Shown here piece by piece: positions 1-12,464 of a stretch of DNA of 64,000 nt. Made by a program: the position numbers and the translations under genes. The number at the start of each line of letters is the position of its first letter. The stretch's first letter is position 1. This DNA is from Chrysomallon squamiferum. Taxonomy: Eukaryota; Animalia; Mollusca. The notes under the pieces are model-generated. The model had not been told where the DNA came from, did no database searches, and was given only the letters and a program-made list of their open reading frames with translations. Where the stretch lies: NCBI GenBank assembly GCA_012295275.1, contig CM022670.1, positions 33,542,001 through 33,606,000 on the forward strand, written 5' to 3'.

Positions 1-151
1 CTTTGTGATTTTGGTTAGTTTTCCCCTTAATTTCGTTTCTCAACTTTTCTTTCTGTCTATCGTATAATTTGTTCTTTTTCTTTCTCCATTTTTTTCATCT
101 TTCCCTTTAATTTCCTTCTTTCCTTCCTTTTCTTTCCTTATTCTTACTTAC

Positions 152-408
152 ATACGTCGTAATTTGTAAATATGTACTCACTTTACATAAACAAATCTTT
201 GAAATTTAAACTAAAATTATGACGTAATTTTTAAATATGAACTCATTTTACATGAACAAACTTTTCAGACTTGTAAATATGACGTAATTTGTAAATAAGT
301 ACTCATTTTTAAATAAAGAACATTTTTTAATTCAAAGTTATACATGACGTAATTTGTAAGTATGACCTCATTTTAAGTAATGAAACCTTTCGAACTTAAT
401 TTCACATG
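152..408. repeat. degenerate minisatellite, 4 copies of about 60-66 bp
   Basis: Recurrent ATGACGTAATTTGTAAATATG.ACTCATTTTA at about 154, 219, 279 and 344. Confidence 0.85.
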
Positions 409-1224
409 GAAACACTCAAGCAGTAATTTTTATCTGCAGATCTTTTAAAAACATTTTCGTTTACGATTATATTTTCAAAAATCTCATTATTAATTCAATA
501 AAAAGGGTCAGAAGTAAAAAGAAAATACAATAATTTTTACTTGCAATTAAAAGCACGTAACAAGAGCCAATTCCAAATTAACAAAATGCCTGCAGAATTA
601 CTTTTTGTAATACATTTTTGATATTTAAAACGAAATTAGTTTTTAAAAATTTATTTATGTTTAATTTACGGTATTATTTAATTTAATCAGAAATTTTTAG
701 GTTTAGCATGGTTTGTATATTTATTTTCGAGTTTTATGTTTCTGTTATTTTATTATATATCATACCAAAATCAGTAATAATGATTAACTTTCTACTTTAC
801 CTTAACTTTTAACCCTTGAATGATTTTGTTTGCTGATCCTTGTTTTTCCTATGTTTTGTTTTGTTTTGAATAATAAAACATAATCAATCTGTGTTTGGTT
901 TCAGTTAGATTGGCATTTTTTAATGGTGCCATTGTTTTGTTAAATTCTGTTGACAGTCACATAGTAGTTTTGTTTATTCTGTCTGTAAAATAGAAAACCT
1001 GTGACCATTTATACATTTATACATGACACATTTATGCTGTTGTTTCGTTTAGATTATTTATATAAGATTTCATGACATATATATATATATATGTATATTC
1101 AATTTATATACATACATACACATCTACCTACATACCTATCTAATTACAGACACACACACACAAACACACATACGCACACACACACATACACACACAAACA
1201 CATATATATACTCTTTAAAAATGT

Positions 1225-1740
1225 GTACAGGTTATTTATATAAGATATCAATTTTAAATATGTATGATGCATTTAGATTATTTATGTAAAATAGCATTTC
1301 AAAATAAGAATAAGTTATTTATGTATTTACATTATTTGTCTAAGATATCTTAGAAATACGTGTAACAAATTTATTTAGGTTATTTGTATAAGATATTACA
1401 TAAACACATGCATAACATATTTATATTATTTATGTACAATATCATTTGAAAATATACATTACGTATTAATTTTATTTAAGTTAAATATCACACACAAAGA
1501 TGTATAAGATGATTTGTTGACAACTATATATATTTATTTTATTTATGCAAGATTATACTTGGAAATGTATATAACGTATATAGGTTATATATGTTTGATA
1601 GAACTTGTTACATGTTTAACATATATTATTAGTGTAAGATATCGCTTGGGAATGTATGATATGTAGGTTTTTTATGTAAGCTATTTTTGGAAACCTGTGT
1701 AACATATTTAGATTATTTATGTATAATGATACATGGATAC
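1225..1740. repeat. old, highly degenerate tandem repeat (about 45-50 bp)
   Basis: Recurrent TTTAG(A/G)TTATTTATGTAAGATATC...TGTATAAC-like units. Confidence 0.55.
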
Positions 1741-1979
1741 ATAAATCCACTAAAGGTTTATTTATTTCTACTACAAAGTATTGTTTTTAAACAGTATAAG
1801 ATTTTCCAAAGATGCTTATATAATAATTAAATTTAATATTATTTTTCTTTTTATTGTGTCTGTGTTTGTATGTATGTTTATTTTAATTTATTTTATATTA
1901 TTTTACTAAATATTGTTATCAGTATTCATTTTTACAGCTTCTTTTGTCACAGTTTTAGAAAATTTATCAAATAGCTTTA

Positions 1980-2212
1980 TTGTAAAAAAATGTGTGTTTC
2001 AGTTTTACAAAATGTATCAAATATTGTAAAAATGTGTGTTTCAGTTTTACAAAATGTATCAAATATTGTAAGTATGTGTGTTTCTGTCTTGCACAAAATG
2101 TATCAAATACTGTAAAAATGTGTGTTTCAGTTTTACAAAATGTATCAAACACTGTAAAAACGTGTGTTTCAGTTTTACAAAGTGTGCATAATATTGTAAA
2201 TTTGCACAAAGA
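1980..2212. repeat. minisatellite, about 5.5 copies of 42-44 bp, just upstream of a PDE exon
   Basis: Unit TGTAAAAATGTGTGTTTCAGTTTTACAAAATGTATCAAATA(T/C), with internal inverted TGTAAAA/TTTTACA. Confidence 0.92.
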
Positions 2213-2244
2213 ACAATTTTACAATTTTATTTGAATATTTTCAG

Positions 2245-2337
2245 ATTCCCAATGGACAAAGGCGTAGCAGGCCACGTTGCATCTACGGGAGAAATACTTA
2301 ATATACAAGATGCTTACAGTGATAACAGATTTAATAG
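2245..2337 (+). CDS. PDE10: PDE10-like phosphodiesterase, internal exon (GAF-B); the gene starts upstream of the window
   Basis: ttttcag|A...AATAG|gtaaaa, phase 2-2. Translates [31 protein letters not shown], matching PDE10A [31 protein letters not shown]. Confidence 0.93.
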
Positions 2338-2494
2338 GTAAAAATGCTTTCTACGAGTCTCTACTACTGTTGTACACATTACTTACAGAAAATCTTGTAA
2401 AATCCTATAACTAAACATGATGGTTTGATGGCTTTAATAATTATTGCTCTGAAAAATAACCACAGTATTCAGTATTGTTGTAACTATAGATATT

Positions 2495-2596
<102 letters not shown>

Positions 2597-2727
2597 AAAA
2601 AAAGAAAAGAAATGTATTATAAACTGATAAATATCTTATTACTTTAACGTACCAGTCAATTAATTTAATTACTATCCTTTGACTTTTTTGTTTTACGATT
2701 TCTCTAATTTTATTTATTTATTTATGC

Positions 2728-2788
<61 letters not shown>

Positions 2789-2818
2789 TTTTTCTTTTTT
2801 CTTTTTCTTTTTCTTTAG

Positions 2819-2887
2819 AAATGTTGATCTTCAAACTGGTTACAGGACAAAGACAATTCTTTGTATGCCTATCTACATACGGGGAAA
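2819..2887 (+). CDS. PDE10: PDE10-like exon (GAF-B)
   Basis: ttctttag|A...GGAAA|gtaggt, phase 2-2. NVDLQTGYRTKTILCMPIYIRG versus PDE10A [22 protein letters not shown]. Confidence 0.93.
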
Positions 2888-3459
2888 GTAGGTATTTTTA
2901 AATGATCAAATTTCTGTATAATTGTTCATATTCGCAGAAATTTATGTTGCTAATAAACGAAACAAAACAATGATAATAAAGACCCATCCTATTGAAATTT
3001 CGCAGAGCTTTCTGTTATCAATAAAAGAAAGAAAAAAAAAAGAAAAAAGGCCAATCCTATACAAACACACTTAGATACACACACACTGCGGTACAAACAT
3101 ATAAGGCAAGCAAAGAAATATAATAAAATATAAATAACTAGTATTAATATGCAATTACTTCGAACAATAATAAATGAATATAAATAATTTTTAATCATTT
3201 GCAGTTATTTGGAACAATAAATTACAACTTCTTAAGAATACATTCATTATTGCTGGACTGAGTGAACCGAAATGTTTCCATTAAAATTACCATTAATGAT
3301 AAATTAACGAACATTTACATTTCGAAATATTATAAAGTCTGTTACTTTCGTATGACGTTGAAAAGAGTCCCTTCATTGATTAAGAAAATACTAATACTAA
3401 TAATAATAATAACAATAATAATAATAAAAAGTTCATTTTATTTTCATTATTGTACACAG

Positions 3460-3574
3460 TGTGATCGGGGTTGTGCAAATGGTGAACAAACTGAATGGAA
3501 CATTTACAAGAACGGACGAAGAAGCTTTTGAGACATTTGCTATATACTGTGGCTTGGCCTTGCATCACGCAAAG
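3460..3574 (+). CDS. PDE10: PDE10-like exon (GAF-B, NKxnFxxxDE motif)
   Basis: acacag|T...AAG|gtaaaa, phase 2-0. [38 protein letters not shown]. Confidence 0.94.
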
Positions 3575-3889
3575 GTAAAAAAAAGAAAAACAATTATTTT
3601 TTTTCTCAATGAAAAATGATGTCATCATCATATTAGCAGCATAACTAATTAATAAACAGCTGCCAATGCAGTAGAAGTAGCAATAATCAGCAGTTGTATT
3701 TACTTACAGCAGAAGCAAAATAAAATCAAATAACTTCACAAAAACTTCAACCAACTTACTCTTTGAACCTGTATAATATCTTTACTTTTATTTCTGTTTA
3801 AGCAACGATGCTTTAAAATTAAACTATCATTTTTTTTATTCAAAAAAAAAAAAAAAAAAAAATAAATGGTGTAAAATGTGTGATTACAG

Positions 3890-4029
3890 CTGTATGAAAA
3901 GATATGGAAGTCTGAACAGAAGTATAAAGTTGCTTTGGAAGTGATGTCCTACCACTGTCAGTGTTCTGAAGAAGAAATAGAGAGTGTCAGAGACTCGACA
4001 GTCGACTTTAACGTTTCAGTAGTTACGCA
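3890..4029 (+). CDS. PDE10: PDE10-like exon (GAF-to-catalytic linker helix)
   Basis: ttacag|CTG...CA|gtaagt, phase 0-2. LYEKIWKSEQKYKVALEVMSYHCQCSEEE resembles PDE10A [29 protein letters not shown]. Confidence 0.92.
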
Positions 4030-4132
4030 GTAAGTCAAACAAAACAAGATTAACCTTAAAATTATCTAAAATGTGAGTGTGTATATATGAATGTCTGAAA
4101 TGTATGTATGTATGTATGTATGTATGTATGTA

Positions 4133-4176
<44 letters not shown>

Positions 4177-4353
4177 ATTGATTTGTATGATTTATGTACT
4201 ACTATTTATGTTGTTATGTTTATATATGAGCGTGTATCTTATATATTTGTGTATGATATATGGAATATGATAAACTTGAATATAACAGCCAGGGTGCTGC
4301 TGCTGTTAAATTAGAAAGTAAAATTAACACATACAAATTCTTTACGTTTTCAG

Positions 4354-4440
4354 ATACGAATTCTCACCGTGGAGTGTGAGTTACGAGCAGAAACCCGTCT
4401 ACGTTTTACACATGTTCAAAGATCTCTTCTCTTCAATGAG
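4354..4440 (+). CDS. PDE10: PDE10-like exon (start of catalytic domain)
   Basis: ttttcag|A...ATGAG|gttggc, phase 2-2. YEFSPWSVSYEQKPVYVLHMFKDLFSSMR; frame is continuous with both neighbours. Confidence 0.88.
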
Positions 4441-4715
4441 GTTGGCATTCACTGTCTTAATATTAAACCTTAATAATCGTGTCTTCCAACACTCAGCAAT
4501 TAGTAATTTGTTTACAGTAGAATTATTTAGACGATTACTTTTGTTGTTGTTTTTATGACAGATATAAATCGATCAATTTCGAAAACAAAATTTGAGAAAA
4601 ATTTATATATGAAGCCTTAGTCAGTTAAATTGGTTCATATCTCTTATTCAGTTTCCCCCAAATATATTTTTGAAATTCTAATAGTGAAATAACCTATAAT
4701 CTTGGATATTCAGTT

Positions 4716-4767
<52 letters not shown>

Positions 4768-4913
4768 AGATGATAACGATGATGATGATGATAATAAATA
4801 AACAATATAACCGATTATTACTAGAATAATAAAAAAAATCCTTACATGTTTACTTCATTTTATATTTTTATGCATATTATTAAAACCAGAATATTTTTCT
4901 GACCTGTTTTCAG

Positions 4914-4931
4914 TACAGAAAAAGATAAAAG
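4914..4931 (+). CDS. candidate 18-nt micro-exon of the PDE10-like gene (S-TEKDK-R)
   Basis: ctgacctgttttcag|TACAGAAAAAGATAAAAG|gtagtg. Symmetric phase 2-2, no stop, but a weak donor and no homology support. Confidence 0.25.
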
Positions 4932-6226
4932 GTAGTGCGACAAGAAAGGGGTATCACAAAATTAATTAACCCTTTAATTACTAGCATCACCCTAAAATAC
5001 CAGTATTTTTATAACCCTCGTCTCCTAATATCTTCTCTTCTCTTTTTCTCTTCATCCCATAAACGACCATTGTCTGTGGCTTATTTTGCATGGTAATAAA
5101 AAGGGCAAGAAGCGATTATTTGAATTAGGAAAAATATTTAGTTTTGTTGCTCATATTACAGAAATATTCTGAAATTTTTAAAATTATGGTATTTACAGGT
5201 TTTGATTACCTTATGAGATTGTCCATATCAATTACAGCCTAACTTGAATCAAGCAAAAGCATAATTATTCAAAGACATGTAAAAATCACACAAAAAAGCT
5301 CATACAAAACGTTGATATGTTTTTATAACTGTGTTAGTTTTATAGAAAGCTTCTTGGTATGTGTGTAGGCCTGTGTGTGTAAGTTTATTTCACTGCATCT
5401 ATAAAACATAAAATATATTTGGTCCATGAAAGTTATTATGTATACTTTTGTATCTTTTAATGAGAAAAAAAAAAAAAAAAAAAATAAAAATAATAATAAT
5501 AATAATAATAATGACAATAACAAGATGAAGATGATGACGATGATAATAATAACAATAACAATAACAGTAACGGTATCTGAAATGCAAGAAGACAATCAGC
5601 TAGCTTAATATATTGTTTAAGAACATAAAACTGATACAAAGTTGATCAAAATCATTGTTTGCTTCCTGGCGCTTATTATCTAACAAGAAAATTTAGTTGA
5701 TTTTGCTTCAAACCAAATCTAAACACTTAGACTGGGATACTAAGGACACATGCATTTAGTAACCTAAGAATTATATTTGTTAATAATGCTTAAAAACTAA
5801 ACAATATATATTTATTATGCTTCAGTATACATATTAATCTTAAAAATAAGTAAACAGTCATTTATTATGAAAAAAGTACATTTAATTTGTGATGCTTAAA
5901 AACATAAATAAGCAGAAATTTAGAATGGTGTTCTGTGTATTATGTTAGTTGCTTGAACACAAGTAACAAGATATTTAGTATATTAGGAAGCATGTTCAAA
6001 CTGATGCTTAAGTATTGATAGTAAAACAAATTAGTTCATCAGATATTGTTGGTGGTGCTTAGAAATAAAGACTCAGGTATTTAATAGTCTGCTTCTTGTC
6101 CTTTTGTCATCTTTATTTCACTCTGAATGCTTGAGCACTATTTTATACAAACATTTCGTTAAAACCCCTATTTTAAAATTTTGCTTTCGCCATCTTCAAC
6201 GAGTTTGCGTTAAATTAGAGAGTAGT

Positions 6227-6259
<33 letters not shown>

Positions 6260-6344
6260 TTTTTAGAATTGCAGTTTGCTTTTGTTTTTGCCACGGGTAG
6301 ATTTGAACAAAGATAAAATTCAGATCTTCTCTCTTTTAATGTAG

Positions 6345-6392
6345 ACAAATGTACGTAGATACGGATTTGTGTCATGGTGCGTGGTTGGGTCA
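6345..6392 (+). CDS. candidate 48-nt cassette exon of the PDE10-like gene (QMYVDTDLCHGAWLGQ)
   Basis: cttctctcttttaatgtag|A...CA|gtaagt. Symmetric phase 2-2 and open in the PDE frame; no homology support. Confidence 0.45.
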
Positions 6393-7789
6393 GTAAGTAT
6401 AATGTATATGTGTATATGTGTATATGTTAGCATGTTACGTATGAGTTTGTGTGTGTGACGAGTGTTTTTAATATATGTGTGTATGTATGTATGTATGTAT
6501 GAATGCATGAATGTATGAATTATGAATGCATGAATGTATGTATGTGTCTATGTATTTATGTATGTTTACAATCAACAGATGCTTTGATTATTAAGAGCTA
6601 AGATTTTCCTATACGTAAAACTTTAAGATTCTTAACATACTGTATCATTCTAATACATAAGTTACCGTAGTACAAAAATATATTAACATTTCCAATCTAT
6701 TCAGCGTATCTAAATCCCATAGAATAGGAGAAATATCAGTTTGCTAATGTTTAGACATGTTTATCGTTCAACAGTTTGCTTGTTAGCTGAAGATTTAGTT
6801 GATGCTTTGTTGCATGGTTAACATCCATTGTAGAGGTAACAACTATGTAGAGGTATAACAATAGAATGAACTGTATTAGATGTTACTAAAACTATAATTA
6901 AAACTATTTGACGGACAATAAATATTTTACTGACAAAAATTAGGACAAAGGATAAATAAAATATATTAAATCTGGATTTTGATTGATGAAATAGAAAATA
7001 CATCATTTTTAACATTCTGTTAAAGATTAATAATAAAACAGAATTACCTTTTGCAAATTGGTTTTAATATAAGAAACTTTTTACGAAGTATTTAGTTTTT
7101 AATTAAAATTAACCATGTTAAAAACATTATAATAAAATAAAGTATAAATAAAATAAAAAATAAACTGAAGGAAAGCGTCTTGATTTAATAATCATCATTT
7201 AGTTTCTAACTAAATTACAAATACATTTATTTTGTTTAAATTATCTAATGCATTAAGTTTTACCTTAAAATTACACAATTAGCAAATCATTCCGTAATTA
7301 TTCTATTAACTTTTTCAAATAATAAATGATGAAAACAAATGACAAACAGGGGTAAATGATAATCAGAGCTATTGATAAAATAATACTATAATAATAATAA
7401 TAATAATAATGATGATAATAATAAAATGCTAGAGTGTGTGATTTTTCATGTGTGTGTTAGTATAGCTATCATTAGTTTAACTAAAAATGTGTAATCTGGA
7501 AAGAAATCACATATCCTGATCTTCAGACTGACACGTTTGAAAAACAAAATTGTTTTGTCAAATGAAAAATAAAATAATTCATTTAAAATTGAATGAAGTG
7601 ATTAACAGCGATATTTAGAAAAGCCTTTGTACATAAACGAATTAATAAATATAAAGACTTCAGATTTCATTTTCAGTTAAAGAAAACTGTTAATATGAAA
7701 TACCATTCATTACCTGTCAACTCACTGTTCTAACTTTCTTTGTACTAAGGTTTAAAAAACACGTTAATATATAAATATATATGTATGAA

Positions 7790-7834
<45 letters not shown>

Positions 7835-7877
7835 CTAATAAACCTAAAAGGATGGATAATTTGTAACACATCTATTA

Positions 7878-8110
7878 CTGATATAATAATTTTAAAATGA
7901 TATAAATTTAAAAACTGCAATACACTCTGTTATCTATTTCTGATAAATAATTTTAAAATTATTTAAATTAAATTTAAAAATTGCTTTATACTCTACTATC
8001 TGTTGAAATCTGAATTAAACTCTATAATCCACTTCTGATATAAATTATAAAACTGAATTATACTTAAATAATTATTTCTGATATAAATTATAAGACTGAA
8101 CTACGCTGTA
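7878..8110. repeat. degenerate tandem repeat (about 40-45 bp)
   Basis: Recurrent TTCTGATATAAATTATAAAACTGAATTATAC-like units. Confidence 0.6.
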
Positions 8111-8154
8111 TTACGCGTTTATTAAGTGTTTATTTAAAAACTGCTTCTTTCCAG

Positions 8155-8305
8155 ATTCGATCCCTCTGACCTGGTTCGCTTCACGCTGACGGTGCGGAAG
8201 AACTACCGCAACGTCCCTTACCACAACTGGGTGCACGCCTTCTCCGTCGCCCACTCCATGTACACCGTCATCAAGACAACATCACACCAGTTCACATCGT
8301 TAGAG
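8155..8305 (+). CDS. PDE10: PDE10-like catalytic exon (YHNxxH motif)
   Basis: ctttccag|A...GAG|gtaaca, phase 2-0. FDPSDLVRFTLTVRKNYRNVPYHNWVHAFSVAHSMYTVIKTTSHQFTSLE. Confidence 0.96.
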
Positions 8306-9749
8306 GTAACAAAACAACATCTTCAACATCACATCCAGTGTCGCTTTAAAAAAAAAAAATTCAACTGATGCATTGTTAGCAACAGATTTTTACGTTGTTT
8401 TGTTCTTAATCAAGAATGTACTTCTAAATTAATTATAAGAATGTTTTTAATGCATTATACTGGACGTAGATCTATACGTAAACATGCACATATGTATACG
8501 TATGTAATTAATATGCATGCATGCATACATACGGAGGTCATATTTCTTTGTTGCGGATGGCAAAGATTAATGTATCAGTTTTCTATCATGCATAGCTTTC
8601 ATATCATTAACATTACCAATTAGTAAAACGATATACTTTTGTTCATGTTAAGGCATCATTACTCGCGTCCCATTCACAAAGCCATGTTTCCGAACTTACC
8701 TGTTTATCTGCTTCTCATATACAAATTAGTCCTGTTTGTTTTTTTCTAAATGGAAAGACAAATGAGATTTCCTGAAATGTATGCTTACAACAGCAAATTA
8801 AATGCGTAATGGAAACTGCTGACGTAGATACATTGTAAACATGATACATGATTAGACAGGCAGAATTAATGACAGTAAAAAAAGTTAATGGAAACATTAT
8901 TAATAATTATATCTGTAATGACATATGAAGGTTATTTCTGGCGTGGATCATAATGCGAATTTTGTATTAGACAGATTGGTGTTATAATTGTTTTTATTTT
9001 GACTAAATATATACTGTATACATAACCTTGATGGCATATTAAAAATAATGTTTTCATAAAAACTGAATTATCCTGAATGATTTATGAGAAAAAACAAAAA
9101 CATATTGATTATCTATTATTTTTCTTTATAGAAACTATATTCAAAATAAATCAACACTGCTATCACAAAACAACAATACCATAGGAGAAAATATTAAAAA
9201 AAAAAATAAAAAAAGAGAAAAGAATAACTACATACAAACAGATAAAGAAACAAACAAATATATAAACAAAAAATGAACAGATAAATGAAAAATTTATTAA
9301 AAAATTAAATTAAATTAAATAAATAATAAATGAATGAATAAATAAATAAAAAATGAATAAAATAATTAAATAAATAAATAAATAAAAATATTTAAAAAAA
9401 ATAAAATAAAATAATACAAAATATAAAATCCTATAGTAAACTTATGCTCTAAATATGATCTCAATAACCACGGATTTTTTCGGTCTGTTATAGTGTCATC
9501 TGTTTATATGCGAAAACAGAATACTATGAATCCATAGCTTTTAAAAATGGTTATACATACAGTGATTTTAAATGATTATTATTTAATATTATTTTATTTC
9601 TGTCTCAATTAGAGTTCATTTCATTTCTATTTTAATATATATATATATTTTTAACTTCTGTTTCGTTTCATGTCATTTCAGTTTTATTTTAATCACTTAC
9701 TAAATAAATTTCTTTTTGTATATCGTTATTTTAATTAGTTTTGGTTTTT

Positions 9750-9958
9750 AATTTAATTTAATTTATTTTAATTTTTTTAATTTAATTTAATTTAATTTAA
9801 TTTTAATTTTAATTTTAATTTTATTTAATTTAAATTTAATTTAATTTAAATTTAATATAGTTTTTTTTAAATTTAAATTTTAATTTGATTTGATTTAATT
9901 TAATTTAATTTAATTTAATTTAATTTAATTTATTTTAATTTTAATTTTAATTTAAATT
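9750..9958. repeat. (TTTAA)n satellite abutting a splice acceptor
   Basis: Direct reading. Confidence 0.9.
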
Positions 9959-9966
9959 AATGACAG

Positions 9967-10122
9967 TCGCTGGCTCTGTTTGTGGCGTGTTTGTGTCATG
10001 ATCTTGACCACAGAGGGAAGACAAACGCCTTCATGGTCAAAAGTGCCTCACCACTGGCTGCAATATACTCCACTTCAACCATGGAACACCACCACTTCAA
10101 CCAGACTGTCACCATTTTACAG
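9967..10122 (+). CDS. PDE10: PDE10-like catalytic exon (class I PDE signature HDLDHRG)
   Basis: tgacag|TCG...CAG|gtgtgt, phase 0-0. [52 protein letters not shown]; PLAA(I/L)YSTSTME is PDE10-typical. Confidence 0.97.
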
Positions 10123-10200
10123 GTGTGTATTATGTATGTATGTATGTATGTGTGTGTGTGTGTGTATGTGTGTGTGTGTATGTATGTATGTATGTATGTA

Positions 10201-10235
<35 letters not shown>

Positions 10236-10306
10236 ATGTATATATGTATGTGTGTGTATGTGTGTATGTATGTATGTATGTACGTATGTATGTATGTACG
10301 TGTGTG

Positions 10307-10345
<39 letters not shown>

Positions 10346-10480
10346 GTGTATATATGTACATGTGTGTGTACGTATATGTATGTATGTATATGTATGTGTA
10401 TATGTATATATGTGTATATATATGTATATGTGTATGTTTGAATTTATATATGTATATCTGTATGTATATCTATATCTATA
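10123..10480. repeat. compound (GT)/(GTAT)/(AT) microsatellite
   Basis: Direct reading; starts at the donor site of the HDLDH exon. Confidence 0.95.
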
Positions 10481-10689
10481 AATACTGCTGACACTGATAT
10501 ATTTATAAATATAATAAAAAATAACTATATATTTTTATTACAATTTGTGTTAAATGTGCTATAGAATGTTAATATGTTAATAAATAAATAAATAAATAAA
10601 CAGAGATAATGATAATAATAATGATGATCATGAACAGTTTTTTTGAGAAATGTATCCATTTATTTATTCATTACTATTTTACTTAACAG

Positions 10690-10740
10690 CAAGAAGGTCA
10701 CAACATCTTCAAACACTTGACATCTGAAGAGTATAAAGCG
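10690..10740 (+). CDS. PDE10: PDE10-like catalytic exon
   Basis: ttaacag|CAA...GCG|gtataa, phase 0-0. QEGHNIFKHLTSEEYKA versus PDE10A LEGHNIFSTLSSSEYEQ. Confidence 0.93.
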
Positions 10741-10901
10741 GTATAAATTTTATAATTTTAGAAATTTGTTCAACGTTTTCTACAGGCAGTTCTGTCAGTT
10801 GACTTTCATCTATAATTTTAAAAAGAAATATTTCAACAATATGTTTCGCAGACTAAAGGAAAGACTGTTTGAATAAGAAGAAAAACTATCTCTCTCTCTC
10901 A

Positions 10902-10935
<34 letters not shown>

Positions 10936-10990
10936 CACGTATGCATAAGTCACGTGCGACTACATGCGACATCATTCGTAATCATTTCAG

Positions 10991-11112
10991 GTACTCGGAG
11001 AAATCCGGCATTCCATTTTAGCAACTGACCTTGCCTTGTTTTTTGGCAACAAAGCCAAACTGAGAGACATAGTGGACAAAGATGAATTTTCCTGGGATAA
11101 CGAGGAACACAG
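10991..11112 (+). CDS. PDE10: PDE10-like catalytic exon (ATDL motif)
   Basis: tttcag|GTA...CACAG|gtaaat, phase 0-2. VLGEIRHSILATDLALFFGNKAKLRDIVDKDEFSWDNEEHR. Confidence 0.95.
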
Positions 11113-12352
11113 GTAAATTATCATATAATGATCATGTTGGTATTACAGTGAAGAGGTTTCTTTTATTATAAATGTGAAATTTCGTGAAAAAAACAAAACG
11201 TATTTTTATTTCAAGCAGTTTAAAACTAATTAAACGATAAGCTTAAATCCGTTTTCATAATTTGTTGTTATTAACTTAGGTATTATTTCTGCGTAATACA
11301 GTTACGTGTATTCTTGCATATTATCATTAAAATTATAAGTAAATTATAAAATAAATAAAAAATAACAACAATAAATTAAATTAAAATTTTAAAATATAAT
11401 AACAAATTCTTGATCTTTACAAACTGTATATAAAATTTTAAGCAGAACTAAAATTGACCAGTTTTATCTAGCGGTATTTTTTTTATTATTTTTTTTTTTT
11501 TTTAAATTTAAAAAAATAAAAATCCTTTCAAAAAGCAGAGAGATTAACTTATTCTTTTTAAAACCAAAAATAAATAAATAAAATAAAGCAACAGCATATT
11601 TTTCTTTTCTTTCATTGTAATCCTAATGTGTTAGTAATATTTGCACCATGTTTCCTCATAGAAACCCTTACACCATTATTTATGTTGGTTTTTGTATTTA
11701 GAGTACAGGTGCTTAAATATCATTAGGTAGAGATAAATAATACAAGGCTGGTATACGTCTAAACACTTACATTCTCTTTGTTTTTCTTGCAATTCAGACC
11801 TTATAGCACATTTACAAATTTCACATGAATGTATAGAAAGGCAGCTATATATATATATATATTTGTATTACCAAGTTTTTTTTTCTTTCTGTTTTTTTCT
11901 TCTTTTGGTTATCCTAGCTTTCTGTACACGATAACATCTTTATAAATACAGGGAGTTTAATTTATTTTTAAATGAAAAAAAATGGTATTAAAAAATAATG
12001 TCTTTACTGTACACTTTTAGACTGTTCTATAGATTGTAATATTTTCATCTAACAGAGAATGTTTTAAATATTTCAAACAAGGTAATAATTGTAATGAATT
12101 ATGTCGTCATTGTAAAATAATTCCTTTTACGTAGTTTTTAATATAAAACGATTTGTTTTATTCAAAACAATAATAATAATAATAATAAATAAAAAAACAA
12201 ATTTAAAAAAAAAAAGGAAATAAAAAAAAAGAAATACGTCAAATACTGAAACAGTTTAACTAACCATTGTGTGTCAGTTCACTAGAAAACAATAGACGTG
12301 TCCAATGTCGACGGTGCATTCTAAAAATGTGTTGTTTTCCTCAACTAAACAG

Positions 12353-12464
12353 AAAATTGTTGCATGCGATTTCTATGACGGCTTGCGACCTCTGTGCCAT
12401 GTCGAAGCCGTGGGAGGTGCAAATGGAAAGCGTGACCGTCATTTATGAAGAGTTTTATAAAGAG
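12353..12464 (+). CDS. PDE10: PDE10-like mutually exclusive exon, variant a (TACDL...IYEEFY)
   Basis: ctaaacag|A...GAG|gtgact, 112 nt, phase 2-0. KLLHAISMTACDLCAMSKPWEVQMESVTVIYEEFYKE. Confidence 0.92.

Noticed and set aside
1980-2212. CRISPR-like array (also 152-408 and 18015-18410)
   Set aside because: Eukaryotic context, no unique spacers of regular length, no cas genes; these are ordinary minisatellites.
4967-5107. piggyBac-like MITE (TTAACCCTTT...AAAGGG)
   Set aside because: The inverted repeat is short and imperfect and the right TTAA target site is missing.
12278-12352. In-frame upstream AG before exon a (+75 nt; similarly +60 nt at 13935 before exon b)
   Set aside because: Would insert non-homologous residues into the catalytic core; in-frame openness over 20-25 codons can be chance. 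Worth only a junction-read check.
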